From: a virus
Taxonomy: Duplodnaviria > Caudoviricetes
Virus record (IMG/VR): IMGVR_UViG_3300014205_000172
Location: 160,001 to 224,000 of that record
Length of the DNA: 64,000 bases
Strand: one strand, 5' to 3'
Part shown: positions 38,527 through 48,046 of the stretch, piece by piece
Numbering within the stretch: the stretch's first letter is position 1
How the letters are laid out: each line of letters starts with the position of its first letter
Notes under the pieces: model-generated
The model's input: the letters and a program-made list of their open reading frames with translations, nothing else
Told to the model about the DNA's origin: nothing
The model's database searches: none
Translations under genes and position numbers: made by a program

Positions 38527-39141
38527 ATGGGCGTGTTCAACAAATGGTGGTCTTCAAGAAATACCCCGAAACGTCCCGAAACGCCCAAGTTAGTAAAGCC
38601 ACCAATTGTAATGTCGATTGTTGATTGGGATTCTATACATCAGGAAACCGCTAACCAGTTCCTTCAGTACGGTTGGCGCCGAGGTGAGTTAAACGAGTTT
38701 ACAATACCCTGGGATCGGCAAATAGTTAATGCCACTACGCAGCTAACTGGTTGTACAGTTCGAAGCCTGTCCGTATTACTCCCCAATAACCTTGGGTTGA
38801 AAGCCTCCGAGATATTGTCACCTCAGATTACTGAGATGGGATTACCAACGGTACAAATACTTTACCTCTCAAAGGAATCCTCTTTTGAGAACATGCCTCT
38901 CATCGATCTTCTTTCGGGCGGACCAACCCGTGAACTTAGTGAGACGCTGCGGTACATTGCGTTAAGGATGGAATCCAAGATCGAGGCAGTCATGACCGAC
39001 TGTGATCTTGGAAAGGTAGTCGTCGTCTTTAAGTCGAGAGCGCTTAATTTCACACTCCTCAATAATAAAGAACGTTGGCAGGGTGGTCTTGATCTCTCTG
39101 TTGAACAAACGACCGTTAAAAAGGAATCAGATAAACCATGA
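38527..39141 (+). CDS. Hypothetical protein
   Basis: Long ORF. Confidence 0.7.
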   Translation: MGVFNKWWSSRNTPKRPETPKLVKPPIVMSIVDWDSIHQETANQFLQYGWRRGELNEFTIPWDRQIVNATTQLTGCTVRSLSVLLPNNLGLKASEILSPQITEMGLPTVQILYLSKESSFENMPLIDLLSGGPTRELSETLRYIALRMESKIEAVMTDCDLGKVVVVFKSRALNFTLLNNKERWQGGLDLSVEQTTVKKESDKP

Positions 39142-39542
39142 CCAGTAACGTAGCTGTAGAAACCATTTTGGAAATCATCGCTGATGCGGTAGCCGGCACT
39201 GCTCGGCAAATCCGTTTTAATCCTGAAGCGGCTAGTCACGAAAAGCCAGTCGACTTCGTAGCGGCCATCCCGGCGACTTTACCTTCACACTTTTACGATA
39301 AAGGCGTATCGGTTCCCATGGGGTTGACTGAAACCACACTGGAGTCATTCGGCAGTCGCATTCCCCACTTCTTGCTGAAGATGTTGGGGGATGAGGGGAC
39401 AGCTGATGTGCTGAGCGCTATCTCCGCTGCCAAAGATACCACCCCACGTTATCTATATAGCGCCAGCACGCTGTATGCCTGCCGTAAGGATCTCGTGATC
39501 ATGGTTTGTGAAGCCGTTACTCAACCAGGAACTCCGACATGA
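39138..39542 (+). CDS. Hypothetical protein
   Basis: ATGA overlap. Confidence 0.7.
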   Translation: MTSNVAVETILEIIADAVAGTARQIRFNPEAASHEKPVDFVAAIPATLPSHFYDKGVSVPMGLTETTLESFGSRIPHFLLKMLGDEGTADVLSAISAAKDTTPRYLYSASTLYACRKDLVIMVCEAVTQPGTPT

Positions 39543-40216
39543 GTACGCCCGTTCGTAAGTATTTGGTCAAGCTGCCCATCAGTGCGGTCGATATGACGGC
39601 CAGTCCCATCATGGCCGGCTACAGTGAAATCCTCAAAGAGCTGAAGAAGCATTCGACTACTGATGTCATCAAATATAGCATGCCAGCCGCCAGCGGTGAC
39701 GTGATGCGCCTCGTGGTCAGCATCGCTAAGGTAGCCAAAGACGAGCTCGTCGAAAAAGGCGTTGACGTCAATGACCTGCCCGACTTGGCCGATGTGCTGA
39801 ACACCAACCTGCCGTGGATGGGTCACGTTACTCACAACACGGCAAGCCGACAATTCAAGTCTAAGCATGTGCTGGCCGTGGCGGTAGAAGTGCTGCGTGA
39901 GTTCGATGGTTACATCTACAGGCTGTCTGCTGATACCGGCAGTGTTCCAGAGTCTCGCGGTCCTGCGCTCTTCGAACTGCAAAGTCCTTCGCGCATGGAT
40001 CGTTTTTACAAGATCCATGTTAACATGGATATCAGCGACAAGATGACCGCCGACATCATGTTGAAGTCTCCGATCGTACCGCAAGGTTTGATTGATGAGC
40101 TGACAGCAGTCGGTTATACGCACCAGGGTCGGTTTTTCTCACACCCGGGTACTTGGCGTGGTGTTAATATCCACGTCTCTCTTTTCGGTATGATCGCTGA
40201 CGCCGGAGTAAAGTAA
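39539..40216 (+). CDS. Hypothetical protein
   Basis: ATGA overlap. Confidence 0.7.
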   Translation: MSTPVRKYLVKLPISAVDMTASPIMAGYSEILKELKKHSTTDVIKYSMPAASGDVMRLVVSIAKVAKDELVEKGVDVNDLPDLADVLNTNLPWMGHVTHNTASRQFKSKHVLAVAVEVLREFDGYIYRLSADTGSVPESRGPALFELQSPSRMDRFYKIHVNMDISDKMTADIMLKSPIVPQGLIDELTAVGYTHQGRFFSHPGTWRGVNIHVSLFGMIADAGVK

Positions 40217-40217
40217 C

Positions 40218-40694
40218 ATGGATATCTCGATCATCCCTAAGTGGGTGTGGTTACTGATTGCCCTTGCAGTACTTGGGGGTGTGGTAGGTTCTGGTATTTA
40301 CGCCGTACATAGCTACAACCAAATGACCATTAGTTTGGCCAAAGAAACGTCCGAGAAAAACACAGCTATTGAAGCAAACAAAACGCTTGATGCTGAAATT
40401 ACACGTCTTAAACAAGACGTCGCCGACAAGGCTCAGGTTAACAAGGACATTGATGTAGGGCAGAAACAAATTGCTGCACTCATGGATGGGTTGTCCAGTG
40501 ATCTTGAAATCGCAGTCGCTCAACGCGATGAGGCGCGGCGTAAGCTGTTGTTAGACAAAGGTGGTGTCAATATGTGCAAGGCGGATGATGCGTTCTCTGT
40601 GGTCCCTACAGAGCGTGACATTGGCCTTGACTATGCATGGAAGGTGTATTGCAAAACCAATCCAACCGCTACTGCGTGTAAGGGGGTGAAATGA
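40218..40694 (+). CDS. Putative i-spanin (Rz-like)
   Basis: N-terminal TM, periplasmic coiled coil, C-terminal Cys; overlaps lipoprotein gene. Confidence 0.65.
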   Translation: MDISIIPKWVWLLIALAVLGGVVGSGIYAVHSYNQMTISLAKETSEKNTAIEANKTLDAEITRLKQDVADKAQVNKDIDVGQKQIAALMDGLSSDLEIAVAQRDEARRKLLLDKGGVNMCKADDAFSVVPTERDIGLDYAWKVYCKTNPTATACKGVK

Positions 40695-41011
40695 AATACG
40701 TTCTGTTGTGCATGTTTGCCTTATTGGTAGGTTGCGCTGCTAAGCCTATCGTAGTCACCAAAACTACAACGCAATATGCAGTACTGGATGAACGTTGGAT
40801 TGCTGACTGCCCTATTACATCACCGCCTGACCCCATCGTTTACAACACCGCCGATCTTCAGCATCGGCTAGACATGTGGTCGGTATCTTACGCGAATCTT
40901 GTACAGTCGGTTGTGAACTGTAATGTTCGTCTTGTAGGGGCTCGTTCCTACAACGACAAAAAGAAGCTGGAAACCACTACAATTACCTGCACCAACGGCG
41001 TCTGTAAGTAA
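40691..41011 (+). CDS. Putative o-spanin lipoprotein (Rz1-like)
   Basis: Lipobox LVGC; Pro-rich; CN motif. Confidence 0.7.
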   Translation: MKYVLLCMFALLVGCAAKPIVVTKTTTQYAVLDERWIADCPITSPPDPIVYNTADLQHRLDMWSVSYANLVQSVVNCNVRLVGARSYNDKKKLETTTITCTNGVCK

Positions 41012-41064
41012 CTACCGAAATACCCTTTCTTTATAGCCCATCACGCTACTTCGGAGATACGTTC

Positions 41065-41400
41065 ATGAAAGTAACTAACCTCGCTGGCATTACCCCCGCT
41101 CTGGCAACCATCGCCGTAGATGGTTTCGCTACCGTCGAGATCTCCTCGTTCACCAAAGGTACTCTGACTGCAGTTGCCGGCCATGGCGACATGTTCGTCC
41201 AGGTGAAACTGGATGCCATGCCTGAAGGCGAAAAGTCTAGCACACTGCTGGGCAAGTCCTTCAAGATCAACCTGGAAACCGGCGATGTGGAACTGATCCC
41301 TGGCACAGCTACTCCGAAAGCTCCGAAAGCTCAGAAAGCGAAGCCTGCATCGGCACCAGGTCGTGGTGCGCTGGCGCGGATCAGCAACGACCGGATGTAA
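41065..41400 (+). CDS. Hypothetical protein with Lys/Ala/Pro-rich tail
   Basis: GGAG RBS; high-expression codon bias. Confidence 0.75.
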   Translation: MKVTNLAGITPALATIAVDGFATVEISSFTKGTLTAVAGHGDMFVQVKLDAMPEGEKSSTLLGKSFKINLETGDVELIPGTATPKAPKAQKAKPASAPGRGALARISNDRM

Positions 41401-41465
41401 AATGACATAGAGAGCAGGCACGCAGCCTGCTCTCTATGCTGCTCTCTATTCAATTAGGACACACC

Positions 41466-41996
41466 ATGACTACTATTGTTCACCATGATGGCGTACTTTA
41501 CGCCGACCAGTGTCACATACGGGCAGGGCGTCCGATTACCACGTATCAAGCCACTAAGTTGTTTATGTCTGAAGACAAGCAGTTTGCTTATGGGGTTAGC
41601 GGTTCCGTGATACGTCAGGAGGACCGCCCAGCGGCCGAAGCCGTTCTCCGTAAATTCATCGAAGACGTACTGGTTGCTAAGTTAGGCGACATTGCCAAGT
41701 TGAATGATTTTACTGATGGTGCTGCTTTAACCAAAGCTCTACTTGATGGTCACGCCATCATCATTACCAAACAGCGTGTCTTTTCGGTAACGCCTGTTGG
41801 GTTTGCAGATGGGACTAATTTGACTACAGGTATTGGCACTGGTGGTTTTCTTGTGGTCGGTATGATTAGAGGCGGGATGAAGCCTAAAGAAGCCTTCGCT
41901 AACCTCGGCGACATAGATCCGTACACCACGGGTCATGTCGACAGCGTTTCCATGAGGTCGCTCAAACCGTTCGTCATTAAAGGAGATTCCAAATGA
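41466..41996 (+). CDS. Ntn-hydrolase (HslV/proteasome beta-like) peptidase
   Basis: N-terminal MTTIV...AD; GTG; D.YT.G.V. Confidence 0.65.
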   Translation: MTTIVHHDGVLYADQCHIRAGRPITTYQATKLFMSEDKQFAYGVSGSVIRQEDRPAAEAVLRKFIEDVLVAKLGDIAKLNDFTDGAALTKALLDGHAIIITKQRVFSVTPVGFADGTNLTTGIGTGGFLVVGMIRGGMKPKEAFANLGDIDPYTTGHVDSVSMRSLKPFVIKGDSK

Positions 41997-42544
41997 GCCT
42001 TATCATCTGGATTGGCGAAGAGGTGGGGTTGCAGACAACCCCTGTCTCGATGGAAGGTCTTCATTGGATTACCCATGGCCTGACGTTTGATCACTTCTAT
42101 ACCAAGTACGGCTTTGTTGCGCCGTTGAATGATTTTGATCTCAACTACAGCGCGGTCATTGAAGACCGTAGACCACCAATGCCGAGTCATGTGCGTGATG
42201 CAACCACTGGTATCAGTTGGATGCTGATTGACCATTACGGTGAGGTCTGGCAGATCGATGCTTTTGCGGATACTGAGAAAGGCAAAAACATCATGGGCAT
42301 GAGCAGTTGGTCCATGCCGGTCGGTCAGGTCAAAGCCATAGCCATGACAATAAACGATAGTGATCGTGACTTACTCATGGGGTTTCTGATGGCTAAGCCG
42401 GATAAGGAAGCCGTCACGAATTTCGTACAAGAGAACAAACTCGCATACGGCCGTAAACTGAACTGGTTCTCAAAGAAAGACATCGTTGAGCGCCTGCATA
42501 AAGAATTCCCACTTGAAGGAAACGATAATGTCAAACCAGCCTGA
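41993..42544 (+). CDS. Hypothetical protein
   Basis: ATGA overlap. Confidence 0.7.
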   Translation: MSLIIWIGEEVGLQTTPVSMEGLHWITHGLTFDHFYTKYGFVAPLNDFDLNYSAVIEDRRPPMPSHVRDATTGISWMLIDHYGEVWQIDAFADTEKGKNIMGMSSWSMPVGQVKAIAMTINDSDRDLLMGFLMAKPDKEAVTNFVQENKLAYGRKLNWFSKKDIVERLHKEFPLEGNDNVKPA

Positions 42545-42827
42545 AAACAAATTCTTTACCTCGGTCGAAGCAAAGCTTATCTTTGCTGCTACTCAGCTGG
42601 ATGGCCCTCAGCGTACTAAAATGCTCGGCGTTGAGCGTAAGATGTACCACGATCCAGATGCCGCTGAACTATGGCGTATTGATACCATCAACAAGATCCA
42701 TAGCGCTCGATTTGATTTCGATAAGATCACTATCGAAGCGGCCGTTGGACAGGTTAACAAAATGCATGGTATCATGACGTACACACCTTTGGAGGATGAA
42801 GGTAACGACCTTGACCTACCCGATTAA
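42528..42827 (+). CDS. Hypothetical protein
   Basis: AAGGA RBS. Confidence 0.65.
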   Translation: MSNQPENKFFTSVEAKLIFAATQLDGPQRTKMLGVERKMYHDPDAAELWRIDTINKIHSARFDFDKITIEAAVGQVNKMHGIMTYTPLEDEGNDLDLPD

Positions 42828-42834
42828 AAATAAT

Positions 42835-42850
42835 TACAGTCATACATTGC
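42835..42850 (+). promoter_or_regulatory. Putative early promoter with C-rich leader
   Basis: TACAGTCATACATTGC then cacacccccac. Confidence 0.6.
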
Positions 42851-42909
42851 AATAGAGCACACCCCCACTCATTGCAATATTTATACCTGCCCTAAGGAGG
42901 GCCTGCTTC

Positions 42910-43194
42910 ATGACTGGTATTAACACCCTGCAGTACGATGACGCGTTTGTTCAGACTAACGTTGAGTTCGGTAACGAAATGGCGCTACTTCGTAAATACC
43001 GCGATGACCTGACTCAGCAGTATCAGGCATTATCGCTGAAGAAAGTGAGTATGATCATGACTCATAGCGACACTTCCCATCTTCAGGTTCAGATGGATGA
43101 GCTGAGCCGTACCAAGCGCATGATCACTGACCAGATCGACGAATTGATGGCAGTACAAACCAGGTATCTGCGTAGCTGCATGCACGCATCGTAA
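42910..43194 (+). CDS. Hypothetical coiled-coil protein
   Basis: AAGGAGG RBS. Confidence 0.75.
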   Translation: MTGINTLQYDDAFVQTNVEFGNEMALLRKYRDDLTQQYQALSLKKVSMIMTHSDTSHLQVQMDELSRTKRMITDQIDELMAVQTRYLRSCMHAS

Positions 43195-43255
43195 ACCTCC
43201 TATAACTACCGCCCGGCTATCAGCCGGGCGTTTCTTTTGCAATTAAGGAAGAAAC

Positions 43256-44641
43256 ATGCCAACAGTATTGAGTTCTCGCGATTGGGGTATCGTTTTCCAA
43301 CAGGTTGACAACAGCAACCTGGTTGACCACATCCCGCCGTACGTTTACAAGCTGAGCATCGATGGCAATATGAACCTGGTCCTCGTTAAGGACCGTAAGA
43401 ACTTCAATGTTCCTGAACGTCTGTATGGTTCGAACCAGGAATACCTGGAACTGCTGTACGATGACTGGCGCTCTACCGAAGGCGCTACCGGCGCAATGCT
43501 GTTCGGCAATAAAGGCTGTGGTAAAACGGTCTTGGCTGAAGCGCTGGCAAACAAATCACTGATCGCCGACATCCCGGTGTTCATGGTTGACTCGTGTATT
43601 CCGCCTGGCATGATCAAGGCTGCCGTCATGGCATGTCCTGGTGGCGCAATGGTCATGTTCGACGAATTCGAAAAGATCTACGATGAGGACGATCAGAAGA
43701 AGCTGCTGACTCTGTTCAGTGACAGCGATCTTAAGAAAATCCTGTTCATCATGACCGTCAACGAGGCCAGCGGCATTAACAATTTCTTGATTAACCGCCC
43801 AGGGCGAATCAAGTACTGGATTCAGTATCGTGGTATTGAAGACCAGGTAGTGGTTGAAATGATGGAAGCTTTCAACGTTCCTCATCAGCTTCGGCCGTCA
43901 CTGCGTGAATGGGCGCAAGGCGATGCTTCTATCATGAGCTTCGATATTCTGAAATTCGTGTGTAAAGAAGCGGCTAAATGCGCTGACTGGAAGTCGTTGG
44001 TAAAACGTGTACGTATTTTGAACGTACCCGGCATGTACCACCACGAGTACTCGCTCAGCGGTATCAGACTTCCGAACAATCAAGTTTGGCGCGAAAACTT
44101 GACATTCGAGATGACGGGTTTCCGCTCGTTCTCTTTGCACATCAAGGACGTCGAACAGGGTATCGATATTTTTGAAGAGTTTGATATCGCCTGTGGTGAG
44201 GATGGTCTTTTTAAAGCCGAACATAAACTACCCGGCGGTATTGAGATTTCCTTGTTTCGTGATCAACGTCACTACACCGCTACAAAAGACATTGCTACTG
44301 TCTGCGTGCCGTGCAAGCCATTGCCGATCGAACCAGCGGTACCGGCGAATGGGGAGGTTGCCCAGGAGCCTGTGGGAAAGCCCCACTGGGGTCCAAAAGT
44401 GGAAATGCTTTCAATGCTTGAAGAGGTTGACCCCGCTTCTAAAGAGAGTGCGTTTCCTTACTTTCCGCCAATGAACGCATTTGCTGGTTCGATGGGGTCG
44501 AGGAGGCTACTTCTTCCAAACGTTGTGGACATGTCAATAAAGGGAGTCCGTCTTAAAGACTCTTTTACGGACTCTATCAGCCGAGTCCTGTCGTCAAAAC
44601 ACACGAGAAACAAAGGTCCTAAAGGCGACGACGTCTATTAA
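43256..44641 (+). CDS. AAA+ family ATPase (paralog of 6731-7864)
   Basis: GNKGCGKT, MFDEFEK, LLTLFSDS, NRPGR. Confidence 0.9.
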   Translation: MPTVLSSRDWGIVFQQVDNSNLVDHIPPYVYKLSIDGNMNLVLVKDRKNFNVPERLYGSNQEYLELLYDDWRSTEGATGAMLFGNKGCGKTVLAEALANKSLIADIPVFMVDSCIPPGMIKAAVMACPGGAMVMFDEFEKIYDEDDQKKLLTLFSDSDLKKILFIMTVNEASGINNFLINRPGRIKYWIQYRGIEDQVVVEMMEAFNVPHQLRPSLREWAQGDASIMSFDILKFVCKEAAKCADWKSLVKRVRILNVPGMYHHEYSLSGIRLPNNQVWRENLTFEMTGFRSFSLHIKDVEQGIDIFEEFDIACGEDGLFKAEHKLPGGIEISLFRDQRHYTATKDIATVCVPCKPLPIEPAVPANGEVAQEPVGKPHWGPKVEMLSMLEEVDPASKESAFPYFPPMNAFAGSMGSRRLLLPNVVDMSIKGVRLKDSFTDSISRVLSSKHTRNKGPKGDDVY

Positions 44642-44686
44642 CCTTAATAAGTCAGCTAGGAATGACCCTAGCTGGCACACCTATTC

Positions 44687-45232
44687 ATGGAGATTGACAT
44701 GTTTAAAAATTTGATGCATAAAGTGAAGTACCATTTCCAACGTGACGATATTGAGACCTTGCTGATTAGCATCGTTGCATCGTGTCAGACCAATGTCAGA
44801 CTCCCGTTTACTGATAATAACGGTAACATTACAAAACGTGGTGTCGTTGGCTACAACGATAAGAAGGTCTTCATCGACGTCGATGGCGTATTGGCTCAGT
44901 TCAGCAAGGACCGAATCACTCTCACCAACAAGGACCTGAAGGAGCTGGTGGCGCGTCACAAGGGTCGTATCACGACACACCCTAAGGACGCGGTGCGGTC
45001 TCGGATTGATCAATTCAAGCACCTCACTGGAAGTGCCGTAAAGGTCCGTCATCTACCAACTGACACTGTGTACAACATTCCATTCTTCCGCACTGACAGC
45101 GGCATCGTGATGGACCGTAACGATCCTGTCACTCATGTACCGTTGGTACTGATGCTGGACTTCTTCGCCCACAAAATCCTGTATCTCGAAGATCTGACTC
45201 GGGTACTGCCGGGCGAGGCTGCACGATCTTAA
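44687..45232 (+). CDS. Hypothetical protein
   Basis: ORF after hairpin; start may be 44699. Confidence 0.7.
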   Translation: MEIDMFKNLMHKVKYHFQRDDIETLLISIVASCQTNVRLPFTDNNGNITKRGVVGYNDKKVFIDVDGVLAQFSKDRITLTNKDLKELVARHKGRITTHPKDAVRSRIDQFKHLTGSAVKVRHLPTDTVYNIPFFRTDSGIVMDRNDPVTHVPLVLMLDFFAHKILYLEDLTRVLPGEAARS

Positions 45233-45254
45233 TTTAAGTAAAGCTGGAGGTTTA

Positions 45255-45821
45255 ATGAACACCAAAGCTATTGAGTACCCCGCTTGCCTGTGGTTTGCAA
45301 ACGCGCAATACAGTAAAGACGAGGTTCAGCAATTAGTTAACTTTGTTGATAAAGAAAGCGATACTGTAAACGTTTCGCACCGTCGACAATATGGCTTACA
45401 TCTGTTGGGCTATCCGGGTACTGAAACTTGTACAAAGAGTGGCGTGGTAGATACCCAATGGGTATACCTTGACCTTTCTCAGGTCGGTGGTGCTGAGTTT
45501 TTAACAGCACGGCATCTCAGTGAAGTACTTGATGTCTTTACTGAAGCCGGTGGTGCCGTCATGGGCGGGTCCCTTAAAACGCATCTGCTTCGCAATAAGT
45601 ACGCTCGATTACTGAGTGAACTTTCTGATTCAAATGAAGTGATGTTTGCTAATGGCGGCGCGTTGCTGATGAATATTTCCGCGTTCTATAATAGCTTTTA
45701 TCATCTGGTTCCTGCCGCACTGTCCATCGACAAAGGGTCCGTTGATGAGTTTCCAAGCGATATGTCGCCAGAAACCCGTCGTCAGCTTCAATGCACGTTC
45801 CGTTTCCTGGTTTACGTATAA
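45255..45821 (+). CDS. Hypothetical protein
   Basis: GGAGG RBS. Confidence 0.7.
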   Translation: MNTKAIEYPACLWFANAQYSKDEVQQLVNFVDKESDTVNVSHRRQYGLHLLGYPGTETCTKSGVVDTQWVYLDLSQVGGAEFLTARHLSEVLDVFTEAGGAVMGGSLKTHLLRNKYARLLSELSDSNEVMFANGGALLMNISAFYNSFYHLVPAALSIDKGSVDEFPSDMSPETRRQLQCTFRFLVYV

Positions 45822-45822
45822 C

Positions 45823-45872
45823 GCATACCGCCACAGCCTTTGAGGCTGTGGCGGTATGCTCTCTTCTTTTTT
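45823..45872 (+). terminator. Intrinsic terminator (GCATA...TATGC family)
   Basis: gcataccgccacagcct-ttg-aggctgtggcggtatgc plus T-tract. Confidence 0.8.
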
Positions 45873-45885
45873 ATTTAAAAAAGTT

Positions 45886-45899
45886 TGAGTAATACATGA
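45886..45899 (+). promoter_or_regulatory. Putative early promoter with C-rich leader
   Basis: TGAGTAATACATGA then a C-run and gttctttggagaac RBS block (repeated at about 55828). Confidence 0.6.
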
Positions 45900-45945
45900 T
45901 GAAGACGAATACCAATACCCCCATCCTGTTCTTTGGAGAACTTAC

Positions 45946-46518
45946 ATGGACTACTCCATTATCAACCATCTTCTTAGCCATAGCTATACCAAAGACGAGT
46001 TTGTCATTGGTGGGCTGATGGCCGTTGCCATGTCAGAACCTCTGGCGGCGAAGATCCTCAACTACGCAGCGCCGGTGATCTATGTCACCAGCACGCGGTT
46101 TAATGAACTCAAGGCTCGTGACCGCACTGTGGAACTTAGCCCTAACGAGATCCGAGTATACTTGGGTCGTGAAGGGGTTACGGTTAGGTTGGGTATTCCT
46201 TACAGTTGGACTGACGAGCATGGGTATCAGATTCTTGATACTATTCCTCTTCGGCGCTGGTTGGAGAAGCATGGTCATGAGAGCCTTCTTAAGTACGTGC
46301 AAGATGTTCCCTTTCCAACCAGGCTTGCAAAGATGGAGAAGACCGAGGAGCTGATTACATTTGAGGAGGATTGCGCGAGGCACGATTGGTATAGTGACTT
46401 CTCCGATTCCTTCCGTGTCCGTGATAACGGCGCTAAGGGGTTGTTGAAACTGCAAGCCCGTCGTGATGAACTTGGTGAAAATGCCAAGGATATCTTCTTG
46501 TATTACTCGACCAAGTAA
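45946..46518 (+). CDS. Hypothetical protein
   Basis: GGAG RBS; HDWY.DFSD motif. Confidence 0.75.
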   Translation: MDYSIINHLLSHSYTKDEFVIGGLMAVAMSEPLAAKILNYAAPVIYVTSTRFNELKARDRTVELSPNEIRVYLGREGVTVRLGIPYSWTDEHGYQILDTIPLRRWLEKHGHESLLKYVQDVPFPTRLAKMEKTEELITFEEDCARHDWYSDFSDSFRVRDNGAKGLLKLQARRDELGENAKDIFLYYSTK

Positions 46519-46568
46519 TACCCTAGGGGCGTGGTTATGCCACGCCCTTTTACTTACACCGTTCAAAG

Positions 46569-46850
46569 GTGAACGAAATGAACAAAGATTTTCCTCAGCA
46601 ACTGAAACTGATGGCTGAACTTTACAGCGACCTCACCAAACGCCTTGAGGCGATCGAAGAGACGCTTGGCAGCGTACAGGCTGAGACTTACAGCGATGAT
46701 ATCAAAGCACTCATGGTTGACGACGTGCTGCGTTGCAACATGATGATGAAAGATATCATGAAGTACGCCACTGATCAGCTCGCTGACGTTATCATGCATC
46801 CAGCGTTTAAAGAACTGATGGCCACATTGAAAGCTAAGGCGAGGGTTTAA
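46569..46850 (+). CDS. Hypothetical protein
   Basis: AAGGT RBS; start may be 46578. Confidence 0.7.
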   Translation: MNEMNKDFPQQLKLMAELYSDLTKRLEAIEETLGSVQAETYSDDIKALMVDDVLRCNMMMKDIMKYATDQLADVIMHPAFKELMATLKAKARV

Positions 46851-46852
46851 TC

Positions 46853-47353
46853 ATGGCATACCTACCAGGTCAACTTGCAGGTACTTGTACTTCTGAACTG
46901 TTGGAAAATGCGTGCAGCTGCGGTAAACCTTCTGAACTGAAGGTAGTCGGGGAAACCGACAGCTTTGGTTCGGAATTCCATTTCATGTGCTGTGCTTGCT
47001 ATAACGACATGAAGAAACAGGCTGAAGAAAACCCTCATCTGGAAACCTGCCCTCGCTGTAAAGCTGAAGCGGTACTGATCGCACACCGCGATCCAGATGA
47101 AGGTAGTAACGGCCCTCTGTACTACCTCTGCGGTCCGTGCCTGAAGATCTCTAACGCGTACTACATGGAAGGTCTCAGTGAAGCTGAACGCGGTCAGGAT
47201 CAAAATGACGATCAGTTTGACGACGATGATCAAGATGATGATCCATGGACGCCTGAAGATGAGGAAGCGTTCCATGCTAAGCTGGACAAGGATGAGGAAG
47301 AATACCAAGCGCATCTGCTGCGCACTGACGTGACCGATGGAGAACAAGCATGA
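46853..47353 (+). CDS. Zn-finger protein with very acidic tail
   Basis: CSC, CCAC, CPRC, CGPC; D/E-rich C-terminus. Confidence 0.7.
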   Translation: MAYLPGQLAGTCTSELLENACSCGKPSELKVVGETDSFGSEFHFMCCACYNDMKKQAEENPHLETCPRCKAEAVLIAHRDPDEGSNGPLYYLCGPCLKISNAYYMEGLSEAERGQDQNDDQFDDDDQDDDPWTPEDEEAFHAKLDKDEEEYQAHLLRTDVTDGEQA

Positions 47354-47649
47354 CACCTACTGAGTTACAAGAAGGCGCAATGAAGCTCCAGCGTGAAACA
47401 ACGGGTCAGGTGCGGGATGTTGAATCTAACATCTTCGCTCGACCTTCTCTAGTTTCATTCGGCGCGAACTTCGATGGGGATACACCTAGCCATGCTCCAA
47501 TGCTGAAGTTTACGAAGAGCCGTACTCTTCGCATCAGGCTGCGGCGTAAATTCAACAACATGTCTATCAGTAACAAGAACTCTGTTCGTAAATTTCGTAA
47601 GGACCTTGCAAAAGCTGCTAAATACTTAGCGGCTAAAGATCCAGAATAA
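47350..47649 (+). CDS. Small basic protein carrying RNAP-like ANFDGD motif
   Basis: ATGA overlap; LVSFGANFDGD. Confidence 0.65.
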   Translation: MTPTELQEGAMKLQRETTGQVRDVESNIFARPSLVSFGANFDGDTPSHAPMLKFTKSRTLRIRLRRKFNNMSISNKNSVRKFRKDLAKAAKYLAAKDPE

Positions 47650-47665
47650 TCTTACAGTTTGAAGG

Positions 47666-48046
47666 ATGTGTAAAATGGGTATGTTTGACAGCGTGGAAGT
47701 TTTGGCGAACAAGGTTGGCATTGACGCAGGTAGTTATCAAACCAAATGCCTGGGGTGTACTTTAGCCCACATGACAATTGGGGAAGATGGGTGCATCATC
47801 TACACTCCTCCGGGCAGTATGAATGAAAGCGGTTATGCGTCCGACCGTGAAAATGAGGAGGTCATGCAGATAAAAGATGGGGGGTACGGCACGTCGGGTG
47901 ATGATCCGTACGAAGACTGGCTCACGATATACGGCGATGGCCATGATGGTAAATGGGTCGAGTACTACCTGCGTATTGAGAATTGCAGGATCGTGAAAGT
48001 ACTCAAGTGGGATGAAGTGGTATTTAACACCCACGATCCAGAGTGA
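47666..48046 (+). CDS. Conserved phage hypothetical protein
   Basis: MGMFD...YQTK motif. Confidence 0.7.
   Translation: MCKMGMFDSVEVLANKVGIDAGSYQTKCLGCTLAHMTIGEDGCIIYTPPGSMNESGYASDRENEEVMQIKDGGYGTSGDDPYEDWLTIYGDGHDGKWVEYYLRIENCRIVKVLKWDEVVFNTHDPE

Noticed and set aside
44470-44515. MNAFAGSMGSRR segment as a possible RNAP beta-subunit fragment
   Set aside because: Resemblance too loose to support without an alignment.
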